IMG/VR virus record: IMGVR_UViG_3300020042_001908
Location: 1 to 25,450 of that record
DNA from: a virus
Lineage: Duplodnaviria; Caudoviricetes
Direction: 5' to 3' (one strand)
Length of the DNA stretch: 25,450 bases
Shown here one piece after another: positions 1 to 6,469 of the stretch. The first letter of the stretch is position 1; the number at the start of each line of letters is the position of its first letter. The position numbers and the translations under genes are program-made. The notes under the pieces were generated by a model. That model did no database searches. It worked only from the letters and a program-made list of their open reading frames with translations, and was not told the origin of the DNA.

Positions 1-510
1 ATCAAAACCGAGCGCGGGAAGTTCGCCAAGGATGTGGCAGTCAAGGCCATTGCTCGTGGCCAGCGAATTGCCTTGAGTGACCGCATGCCTGAGCCGATCA
101 GCTCGGATGCGAGCTGGTATCAGTGCAAGTTCTGTGATGCGCATGAGTTCTGCCACCAGTCCAAGACCACCAAGCATGTGAACTGCCGCACCTGCGCTTT
201 GGCCACAGCGATGCCCGACTCGACTTGGCACTGCGCCAAGTGGGATGCTGTGATTCCTTTGGATTCTCAGCGCACTGGCTGTGAGTCGCATGTCCTGCAT
301 CCTGATCTGGTGCCTTGGCAGCGCAAAGATGGGCCGAACGAGTTCACTGCTGTGTATGAGATCAATGGCGTGAATTTGGCCAATGGTGATCCTGAGCAGG
401 AAGGTGTTTGGGGAAGCAAAGAATTGCTGGCAAATTCTGAGGCCTGCGCCAGCGGTGATCCATTGATTGCTGAGATGCGCAAGGACTTTGGTGGAAGGAT
501 TGTGGGATGA
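1..510 (+). CDS. Cas4-like / PD-(D/E)XK exonuclease, C-terminal part (5' truncated by window)
   Basis: Frame is open from base 1. WYQCKFCDAHEFC resembles the C-terminal Cys triad of Cas4/AddB-type Fe-S nucleases, followed by a second CxxC..C..C module. Lies upstream of an SF2 helicase, as in many phage replication modules. The catalytic motif is outside the window. Confidence 0.65.
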   Translation: MKTERGKFAKDVAVKAIARGQRIALSDRMPEPISSDASWYQCKFCDAHEFCHQSKTTKHVNCRTCALATAMPDSTWHCAKWDAVIPLDSQRTGCESHVLHPDLVPWQRKDGPNEFTAVYEINGVNLANGDPEQEGVWGSKELLANSEACASGDPLIAEMRKDFGGRIVG

Positions 511-644
511 AAGAAGTCAAGTCTGTCTGGATTCGACCTATTCCACCAAAGCAAATTTGCGATAAGTTGGCTATTTGTCAGTCTAAGACTGCACCAAGTT
601 GTCCTGTCGGGGTTTGCCGATTAAAGGTTAAAGATGCTGCGTGA
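507..644 (+). CDS. small Cys-rich hypothetical protein (45 aa, MKEVKSVWIRPIPPKQICDKLAICQSKTAPSCPVGVCRLKVKDAA)
   Basis: Translated by hand. ATGA overlap with the upstream stop codon; fills the gap; 4 Cys. Confidence 0.55.
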   Translation: MKEVKSVWIRPIPPKQICDKLAICQSKTAPSCPVGVCRLKVKDAA

Positions 645-681
645 CTACCAACAGCGCACCATCGACGAGCTATACCGATGG
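634..681 (+). pseudogene. stranded original 5' end of the helicase gene (MLRDYQQRTIDELYRW)
   Basis: Aligns with the helicase N-terminus MQLREYQSRSIEMLYDW (Q-motif region). Similarity stops at 681; the frame runs on through unrelated sequence to TGA at 751-753. Confidence 0.85.
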
Positions 682-730
682 TTGCATTGTGTCTGTCATT
701 CCTATAAAATGGACTCACTGACACAAGGAG
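682..730 (+). promoter_or_regulatory. sigma70-type promoter of the HNH gene inside an imperfect inverted repeat, plus RBS
   Basis: TTGCAT (682-687), 17 bp, TAAAAT (705-710). Arms 687-702 and 711-726 pair at 13 of 16 positions. SD AAGGAG at 725-730. Confidence 0.7.
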
Positions 731-736
731 AACGAC

Positions 737-1312
737 ATGCAATGTGCATTTGATGGATGTGAGCGTAATGCTGTATCAAAAGGATACTGTGACAAGCATT
801 ACAGAAGACTGCTCAAGCGTGGTGATGTCAACGACCACGGAAGTCGAAAAGTTGATGATGGCAATGCCGTTGAGCGATTCCACCAAAAGTATGAAATCAA
901 CGAATCAGGCTGCTGGCTGTGGACTGGTGGAACAAGGCCAAACAGCAAAGGTGTGCCATATCCACGCCATTGGACTGATGATCGAAAGTCAATCGGTGCA
1001 CATAGATTTTCATTTGAGCTTGTACGTGGTGTGATACCGAAAGGTATGTACGTTTGCCATAAATGCGACACGCCTCTTTGTGTGAATCCAGATCATCTTT
1101 TTGTAGGCACGCACCACGACAACATGCGCGACATGGTGCAAAAAAAACGGTCATTTACTGGCCGTGGGGAAAATAAAAAAGGACTGGCGAAGCTGACCAA
1201 TCAGCAAGCAGACCAGATCAGAAAAATGGATATATCCCATCAAAAACTTGCAGCCATGTTTGGTGTAAGTGCAACAACCATCGGTCGAATCAAAAGCAGG
1301 GAGAGTTATTGA
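737..1312 (+). CDS. free-standing HNH homing endonuclease (N-terminal Zn finger, HNH domain, C-terminal HTH)
   Basis: CAFDGC..GYCDKHY Zn finger; CWLWTG..AHRFSF..VCHKCDTPLCVNPDHLFVGTHHDNMRD HNH motif; AKLT..KLAAMFGVSATTIGRIK helix-turn-helix. Confidence 0.93.
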   Translation: MQCAFDGCERNAVSKGYCDKHYRRLLKRGDVNDHGSRKVDDGNAVERFHQKYEINESGCWLWTGGTRPNSKGVPYPRHWTDDRKSIGAHRFSFELVRGVIPKGMYVCHKCDTPLCVNPDHLFVGTHHDNMRDMVQKKRSFTGRGENKKGLAKLTNQQADQIRKMDISHQKLAAMFGVSATTIGRIKSRESY

Positions 1313-2901
1313 TGCAACTGCGTGAATATCAATCCAGAAGCATAGAAATGCTTTACGACTGGATGTCAAACAATAAAGGACATCCATGTGTCGTTATGCC
1401 AACTGGCTCTGGTAAAAGTCATGTTATTGCTGCGCTTTGCAAAGATGCAATTCAAACATGGCCAGAAACACGTATTTTGATGCTGACTCATGTCAAAGAA
1501 CTGATTGAGCAGAATGCTGAAAAAATGCGGTTGCATTGGCCTGGTGCGCCACTCGGCATATATAGCGCAAGCGTAGGCAAGCGCCAGCTTGGTGAGCCAA
1601 TCACGTTTGCTGGGATTCAATCTGTGCGCGATAAAGCAAAGTTGATCGGGCACATTGACTTGATCGTCATTGATGAATGCCATCTTGTGAATCACAAAGA
1701 TGAAGGTGGCTATCGCAAGTTGATTGGTGAATTGATAGCAGTAAACCCTGCTCTGCGCATCATTGGGTATAGCGCCACGCCTTACCGCTTAGGGCATGGA
1801 CTGATCACCGACAAGCCTGCGCTGTTTGATGATCTGCTCACGCCTGTCAGCATCGAGGAGTTGGTGTTCAAGGGTTATCTGGCCACGCTGCGTTCCAAGA
1901 TCACCAAAGCCAAGCTGGATGTGTCTGGCGTGAAAAAGCGTGGGGGTGAGTTTATTGAGTCCGAGTTGCAGGCCGCTGTGGACACGGACGACAAGAATCA
2001 GGCCGTGGTGCATGAGGTCATGGGTTTGGCCGGTGAGCGCAAGGCGTGGCTGTTTTTCTGTGCTGGTGTGAAGCATGCCGAGCACGTTGCCGAAGTCCTG
2101 CGCCAGCAGGGTGTGACCGCTGAATGCGTGACTGGCGAGACACCAAAGAAAGAGCGCGAGCGCATGCTGTCCGACTTCAAGGCTGGCCGTGTGCGTGCGC
2201 TCACCAATGCCAATGTGCTGACCACAGGCTTTGACTATCCAGACATCGATCTGGTGGTGATGCTGCGCCCGACCATGAGCGCCAGCCTTTATGTGCAGAT
2301 GGCAGGCCGTGGCATGAGGGTCAAGAGCCACACCGATCACTGCCTGGTGCTGGATTTTGCTGGTGTGGTCGAGTCGCATGGTCCGATCACCAATGTGCAG
2401 CCGCCCAAGAAGGGTGGTGATGGCAATGGCGAGGCACCAGTCAAGGTGTGCGATCACTGCGGTGAATTGGTGCACATCTCGGTGATGCTTTGCCCTTCAT
2501 GCGGTGAACAATTTCCTGAGCCAGTAAAAAAATCGATGGTGTTGCGAAATGACGACATCATGGGTCTGGATGGCCAAGAGCTGGAAGTGACGAGCTGGAC
2601 ATGGCGCAAGCACATCAGCAAGGCCTCTGGCATTGAGATGCTGGCCGTGACCTACTACGGTGGCCTGAGCGATACGCCAATCACCGAGTATTTGCCAATC
2701 ATGCATGAAGGTTATGCAGGCCAGCGTGCAATGAGCCAGCTGCTGAGTATTGCCAACAGCGCCAGCATTGTGCCTGGTGGTCTGAATGTGAAGACGCTGG
2801 AGGACATGGTGCAGAACATGAACATGGCCACGCCACCAGAGATGATCGAGTATCGCAAGGACGGAAAGTTTTTTAGGGTAATAAAAAGGAGCTGGGAATG
2901 A
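1312..2901 (+). CDS. superfamily 2 DEAD/DEAH-box helicase with C-terminal Zn ribbon (RadD/YejH-like)
   Basis: Walker A PTGSGKS, DECH, SAT, VLTTGFD and QMAGRGMR motifs; CDHC..CPSC ribbon. ATG overlaps the HNH stop (TGATG). Confidence 0.95.
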   Translation: MQLREYQSRSIEMLYDWMSNNKGHPCVVMPTGSGKSHVIAALCKDAIQTWPETRILMLTHVKELIEQNAEKMRLHWPGAPLGIYSASVGKRQLGEPITFAGIQSVRDKAKLIGHIDLIVIDECHLVNHKDEGGYRKLIGELIAVNPALRIIGYSATPYRLGHGLITDKPALFDDLLTPVSIEELVFKGYLATLRSKITKAKLDVSGVKKRGGEFIESELQAAVDTDDKNQAVVHEVMGLAGERKAWLFFCAGVKHAEHVAEVLRQQGVTAECVTGETPKKERERMLSDFKAGRVRALTNANVLTTGFDYPDIDLVVMLRPTMSASLYVQMAGRGMRVKSHTDHCLVLDFAGVVESHGPITNVQPPKKGGDGNGEAPVKVCDHCGELVHISVMLCPSCGEQFPEPVKKSMVLRNDDIMGLDGQELEVTSWTWRKHISKASGIEMLAVTYYGGLSDTPITEYLPIMHEGYAGQRAMSQLLSIANSASIVPGGLNVKTLEDMVQNMNMATPPEMIEYRKDGKFFRVIKRSWE

Positions 2902-3050
2902 CAGTTGAAGAACAAATGAATCGAATGCACAAGCTCAAGGTTTGTGATGTGTGCAGTCGTGAGGCTGATCCGCTTGGTGGTGTCAAGGTGCGCACCAAGT
3001 GGCATTGCGCTCGGTGCTGGGTGAAGCTGATGCAAAGAGGTCTGAAATGA
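2898..3050 (+). CDS. small Zn-finger protein (50 aa, CDVC...CARC)
   Basis: Translated by hand: MTVEEQMNRMHKLKVCDVCSREADPLGGVKVRTKWHCARCWVKLMQRGLK. AGGAG RBS; ATGA overlaps at both ends. Confidence 0.75.
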   Translation: MTVEEQMNRMHKLKVCDVCSREADPLGGVKVRTKWHCARCWVKLMQRGLK

Positions 3051-3241
3051 GCCGCCCACCAGAGCCACAATTCTTGGTTGACTACCGCGAGTGGATCAAG
3101 GCCGGTCCACCGAAATGCTGCCACACCTGTGAGATGTACGGCACAGATGGCTTATGCACCGAGTTCTTCATGACACCGCCTGCTGAGTTTGCTGCCGAGG
3201 TGGATGCCTGCCCTAAGTGGGAGCCAGAATGCCCATTTTGA
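3047..3241 (+). CDS. small Cys-rich protein (64 aa)
   Basis: ATGA-coupled start (MSRPPEPQ...). CCHTC..GLC..F..CPKW motif. Confidence 0.75.
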   Translation: MSRPPEPQFLVDYREWIKAGPPKCCHTCEMYGTDGLCTEFFMTPPAEFAAEVDACPKWEPECPF

Positions 3242-3594
3242 CCGACCGTATTCCAACCGAGCATGAGGAGCAGCGCGAGCTGGTGCGCTGGTTTCGCCAG
3301 ACTTGGCCAGGCGTGCGAATCTTTGCCATTCCCAATGGTGGCGCTCGCAGTCCGGCCACCGCTGGCCGCTTGAAGGCCGAAGGCGTTTCCTCTGGTGTGC
3401 CTGATCTGTTCATTCCTGCTTGGGGTCTTTGGGTGGAGATGAAGCGCACCAAGGGTGGCAGCCTGAGTGCCGAGCAGAAAGACTGGATTGCCTATCTTGA
3501 AAGTGTGAGATTCTGTTGTATAGTGGGAAAAGGTGCTGATGATGCCAAGGGCAAACTTCAGGCCTTTTTCAATGAACAGAAGGACAAACTATGA
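3229..3594 (+). CDS. VRR-NUC domain nuclease (Holliday junction resolvase-like)
   Basis: EHEEQ..FAIPNGG..GVPDL..WVEMK..LSAEQKDW is the typical phage VRR-NUC PD-(D/E)XK signature. Start is ATG 3229 or TTG 3238. Confidence 0.9.
   Translation: MPILTDRIPTEHEEQRELVRWFRQTWPGVRIFAIPNGGARSPATAGRLKAEGVSSGVPDLFIPAWGLWVEMKRTKGGSLSAEQKDWIAYLESVRFCCIVGKGADDAKGKLQAFFNEQKDKL
3497..3524 (+). promoter_or_regulatory. possible sigma70 promoter upstream of the Arc-like gene
   Basis: TTGAAA, 16 bp, TATAGT within the 3' part of the VRR-NUC gene. Confidence 0.4.
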
Positions 3595-3758
3595 CCGCAA
3601 AAATCAAAGATCGCTACATGACGATCAGGCTTCCTGCCGACATCGAGATCGAGTTGCGCAAGATGGCCGAGCGCAACACGCGCACGCTGGCCGCGCAGAT
3701 TCTGCACTGCGTGAAGATGGAATTGGAGCGCCAGCAAGCACAGGAGACCAAAGCATGA
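3591..3758 (+). CDS. Arc/Mnt-like ribbon-helix-helix DNA-binding protein (55 aa)
   Basis: Translated by hand: MTAKIKDRYMTIRLPADIEIELRKMAERNTRTLAAQILHCVKMELERQQAQETKA. Fits the RHH pattern (IRLP..L...A....R.L..Q/EI). ATGA-coupled. Confidence 0.85.
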   Translation: MTAKIKDRYMTIRLPADIEIELRKMAERNTRTLAAQILHCVKMELERQQAQETKA

Positions 3759-3886
3759 AGAAGCAGATCAAGATCAGCATTGAGACGCTGATGCACAAGT
3801 GGCCAGTGTTTGGCATTGGCTTTTCTGGTGGCGAGTTCTTTGTCTCGCTGTGGCTGGTGGATGTTCGCATTTGGAGAGGTTACTGA
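3755..3886 (+). CDS. hypothetical protein (43 aa)
   Basis: AGGAG RBS, ATGA-coupled start MKKQIKISIETL..., TGATG-coupled to the next gene. Confidence 0.65.
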   Translation: MKKQIKISIETLMHKWPVFGIGFSGGEFFVSLWLVDVRIWRGY

Positions 3887-4257
3887 TGTTCAAGATTCCT
3901 GAAAAATACCGTGTGCGTGAAGGCAAGATGGCCAGCGACGAATCCTTTGGCAACAATGGCATGTTTATCGTGTCTTTGAAGCACCAGCAGAAGTTACTGG
4001 TTTTGGCCAGTGATGGTGGAGGCTGGGAACATGTCAGCGTTTCTCGACGCGATCGCTGCCCGACTTGGGACGAGATGTGCCAGGTCAAAGAGATGTTCTG
4101 GGACGATGAGGACTGCGTCATCCAGTACCATCCACCAAAGAGCGAGTGGGTCAACAACCATCCAAACTGCCTACACCTGTGGAGACGAATTGGCATGGAG
4201 ATTCCACGGCCTCACTCAATGCTTGTTGGTTTCAGAGATGCTGGGGTGCTTGCGTGA
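3886..4257 (+). CDS. conserved phage protein with WEHVSVS..PTWDEM..HP..HLW motif
   Basis: Start MFKIPEKY at the TGATG overlap. The His/Trp motif is recalled from many phage genomes; function unknown. Confidence 0.8.
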   Translation: MFKIPEKYRVREGKMASDESFGNNGMFIVSLKHQQKLLVLASDGGGWEHVSVSRRDRCPTWDEMCQVKEMFWDDEDCVIQYHPPKSEWVNNHPNCLHLWRRIGMEIPRPHSMLVGFRDAGVLA

Positions 4258-4742
4258 AAAAACGCAAGCCACAGCCAAGGCCAAGGCACTACACCATCCT
4301 TGACGAGATGATGGCCAGTCCGACCGAGCCGTTGCCTGAGAAATTTCGCACGCACCAGCTCACCATGATGTACCAAGGTTTGCATGCAATGGAGACCGCG
4401 CCAGCGCCCACCACGGACGACTGGCGTGTGGTTTCCGATGCGATCAACCTCATGGAGACGCTGGTGGTCGAGATGAAAGTCTGCGAGGACTCCAGTGGCC
4501 TGCTGATGGATGCCATCACCGCTTTGGCGCTCGCTGGCAAGCGAAACAGGGCTGGTGGCACCATTCGTATGGATGGGGCAGGAATTCAGGCTGTACGATC
4601 GATTCTGAGCGACTATGCCGAGCTTCTGAACATGTTGCCTGCTCGCACCATGTATCGTTGCCACCGATTGACTGAGAAACGCCTACACGATCTACTTGAT
4701 GGCAAGCGCAGGCCGCATGATGTGGAGATAACCTCAATGTAA
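4254..4742 (+). CDS. hypothetical alpha-helical phage protein
   Basis: GTGA-coupled start MKKRKPQPRPRHY...; phage-typical codon usage. Confidence 0.75.
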   Translation: MKKRKPQPRPRHYTILDEMMASPTEPLPEKFRTHQLTMMYQGLHAMETAPAPTTDDWRVVSDAINLMETLVVEMKVCEDSSGLLMDAITALALAGKRNRAGGTIRMDGAGIQAVRSILSDYAELLNMLPARTMYRCHRLTEKRLHDLLDGKRRPHDVEITSM

Positions 4743-4797
4743 GGGTTTGTCCCTAGTTGCATTGATTGTGTGATTTCGTGGTAAGATGTGACCACAT
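4740..4797 (+). promoter_or_regulatory. intergenic promoter (extended -10 TGgTAAGAT) flanked by two palindromes
   Basis: AGGGtttgtCCCT (4742-4754), TTGCAT (4757-4762), TG-G-TAAGAT (4779-4787), ATGTGacCACAT (4786-4797); AAGGAG RBS follows. Confidence 0.55.
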
Positions 4798-4821
4798 TAA
4801 CCAACCAGCAAGGAGCTGATC

Positions 4822-4986
4822 GTGAAAAACTCAAACTTTCAAACCCCACGTAACTTCGCAGACTGCACCTGGGTGCAGGGCTATGGCCGCGAGGAGCCTC
4901 TTTGGGAGCGTGTGGCAGGCTATGTGCTGGCCTTTGCCATTGGCGCTGGCTTGGCCTGCCTCTTGGTCGCCTGGTGGTCGTCATGA
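4822..4986 (+). CDS. small membrane protein (54 aa, C-terminal TM helix)
   Basis: Translated by hand from GTG: MKNSNFQTPRNFADCTWVQGYGREEPLWERVAGYVLAFAIGAGLACLLVAWWSS. AAGGAG RBS. Confidence 0.75.
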   Translation: MKNSNFQTPRNFADCTWVQGYGREEPLWERVAGYVLAFAIGAGLACLLVAWWSS

Positions 4987-5387
4987 CTAAAGATGACACA
5001 TTACGCCTTGCATTGGAGGCGTTGGAAGACCTTGGCAACCATGACCGTATTTGTCCGCAGTGGCCTACGTATGCAGAGCCAGAGAACTATCCTAAGTGCA
5101 ATTGTGGTTATGACCAAGCCATCACCGCCATTAAAGCCGCACTAGAAGCGAAGGATGAGCCTGTGGCATTGAAGCCTTGTGCGTATGAAAGCAAGGAAAA
5201 AAAGATGTGCCGTAAATGTGGCCAAGTTCACGCAGAAGCAATTTGGGACACCACCCCACCACAGCGCACATGGATAGGACTGACAAACGATGAAGTCAAC
5301 GACTTTGCGGCAGGATGCCATCTTGGTAATTCTGTGCAGGGCGCTATTTACAAAGCAGAAGCCAAACTCAAGGAGAAGAACACATGA
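4983..5387 (+). CDS. mosaic accessory protein (Ea22/Ead-like modular type)
   Basis: ATGA-coupled start MTKDDTLRLALEALE; linker-like segments AIKAALE..EPVA, TTPPQRTWIGLT and EAKLKEKNT flank variable Cys-containing inserts. Confidence 0.7.
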   Translation: MTKDDTLRLALEALEDLGNHDRICPQWPTYAEPENYPKCNCGYDQAITAIKAALEAKDEPVALKPCAYESKEKKMCRKCGQVHAEAIWDTTPPQRTWIGLTNDEVNDFAAGCHLGNSVQGAIYKAEAKLKEKNT

Positions 5388-5389
5388 AC
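5359..5389 (+). repeat. 31-bp direct repeat, copy 1 (AAGCCAAACTCAAGGAGAAGAACACATGAAC)
   Basis: Identical to 5831-5861; contains the RBS and overlapping ATGA start/stop. Confidence 0.95.
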
Positions 5390-5650
5390 CAACCTTGGTA
5401 CATCCGATTGGGCTGGTGGCTTTGCGAAAATTTTGGACACCCATTGCCACGCAAAGGCTGGATTTATGAAGGTCAATACCACCGCGACTGCCGACTGTGC
5501 AGACGTATCGTGAGTGAGCCGTTACATGAGAAGAGCGAAACACAGCGACAGCACGTAACCGACGGATCACCTTGTTGGTGCGAACCGGAAACCAGATACA
5601 CAGACCCTGAAACGGGCGCGTCTGTGATTGTCCATCGAGAGCCACAATGA
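5384..5650 (+). CDS. hypothetical protein with two Cys/His metal-binding modules
   Basis: LCENFGH...CRLC and H..CWCEP...VIVH motifs; starts inside repeat copy 1. Confidence 0.75.
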   Translation: MNQPWYIRLGWWLCENFGHPLPRKGWIYEGQYHRDCRLCRRIVSEPLHEKSETQRQHVTDGSPCWCEPETRYTDPETGASVIVHREPQ

Positions 5651-5859
5651 AAACACCAGAGCAACTAATGACGCAAGAGGAACTTGCATTCCGTTGGAAG
5701 ATTAGCGAGGCAACATTGGAGCGAGATAGATCGCTCAAGCAGGGTTGTCGATATCTCAAACTTGGCGGCCTGATTCGTTACCGTATTCAGGATGTGTTGG
5801 ATTATGAAGAATCATGCACGCATGAGCCGAAAGCCAAACTCAAGGAGAAGAACACATGA
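5647..5859 (+). CDS. excisionase/AlpA-like winged-HTH DNA-binding protein
   Basis: LMTQEELAFRWKISEATLERDR..G..YLKLGGLIRYRIQDVLDYE is the MerR-like/HTH_17 pattern. Confidence 0.85.
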   Translation: MKTPEQLMTQEELAFRWKISEATLERDRSLKQGCRYLKLGGLIRYRIQDVLDYEESCTHEPKAKLKEKNT

Positions 5860-5861
5860 AC
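5831..5861 (+). repeat. 31-bp direct repeat, copy 2
   Basis: Identical to 5359-5389. Confidence 0.95.
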
Positions 5862-6041
5862 TGCTGCGACGAGTACGGCAATTGCAGACAGGGCCGTGAC
5901 TGCCCTGTGCGCATTGCTGGCGCTTCCAAGCCTTTGTTCTCAAAGCGCCTTCTCAGGCGCTTTTTTTATTGGCTGATGATCTCAGTCTTTAGCCTGCTGT
6001 GGATGGCTTTTGTGGCGATTGTGGTGGCCACTTATGCGTAG
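5856..6041 (+). CDS. small membrane protein with N-terminal Cys cluster (MNCCDEYGNCRQGRDCPVR)
   Basis: RBS and start lie inside repeat copy 2; C-terminal hydrophobic segment; 10-bp tail-to-tail overlap with the endolysin. Confidence 0.7.
   Translation: MNCCDEYGNCRQGRDCPVRIAGASKPLFSKRLLRRFFYWLMISVFSLLWMAFVAIVVATYA
5942..5967 (+). terminator. intrinsic terminator at the end of the rightward arm
   Basis: AAAGCGCCT-TCTC-AGGCGCTTT stem-loop running into T7. Confidence 0.7.
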
Positions 6042-6469
6042 GGTCTAGTGCCAGCCTTGTCGATGATCAGTGCCTGCTTGCGTGGGCTGGTGTCCTCGCT
6101 GTTGGAGATGCTGATGTGGGTCCAGCGATCAAACTCACGGATGATCTGGTCGTAGCCAATACCGCTGTCAACAATCTTGCGCACCACTTCGTCTGGTGTC
6201 ATGCCTGGCACCTTGAAGTCGGCAGCACATCCAAGCCGGTGCTGGCTGGTGTCTTTGCTGCCCACCGCATCATTGACCTTCTTTGTGCGCAGGCCTGAGC
6301 TGATCATGATTGGCTTGCCACCCAGCACCACCTTCACCTGCTCCAGAAAGTCTGCCAGGCGCGTCAGGTTGGCCAGCTCGGTGTCATTGGGGCTGTTGTC
6401 CCAGCCATTGCGTTCTGCGGTCTCTGAGAATGTCAATTCTTCGAGTGTGAAGTGAGGTGTGAGGTTCAT
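6032..6469 (-). CDS. endolysin, peptidase M15A family (Zn D-Ala-D-Ala carboxypeptidase-like)
   Basis: HFTLEEL, ISSGLR..N..VG....SQH..G.AAD and WTHIS motifs; last gene of the lysis cluster. Confidence 0.92.
   Translation of the reverse strand: MNLTPHFTLEELTFSETAERNGWDNSPNDTELANLTRLADFLEQVKVVLGGKPIMISSGLRTKKVNDAVGSKDTSQHRLGCAADFKVPGMTPDEVVRKIVDSGIGYDQIIREFDRWTHISISNSEDTSPRKQALIIDKAGTRPYA

Larger units (their letters stand above)
682..1790 (+). mobile_element. putative HNH homing cassette (promoter + HNH + replacement helicase 5' segment); right boundary approximate
   Basis: Starts where the stranded helicase 5' end stops. A/T-ending codons persist through about the first 160 helicase codons, then switch to G/C-ending codons near 1790-1800. 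Confidence 0.6.

Noticed and set aside
1-510. Cas4-like nuclease as evidence of a CRISPR system
   Set aside because: Stand-alone Cas4-like nucleases are common in phage replication modules; no array or other cas genes are seen.
682-1311. Group I intron or intein interrupting the helicase
   Set aside because: The downstream helicase has its own complete N-terminus and start codon. There is too little non-coding sequence for a ribozyme core and no intein splice motifs.
1789-2475. 228-aa antisense ORF, and similar long shadow ORFs (5142-5759, 15996-16760, 17855-18556, 24036-24815)
   Set aside because: They lie opposite well-supported genes, show no recognisable motifs and are explained by codon bias.
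5359-5861. 31-bp repeats as a CRISPR mini-array or att sites
   Set aside because: Only two copies 472 bp apart; they are protein-coding with an RBS, are not palindromic, and no integrase or cas operon is in the window.
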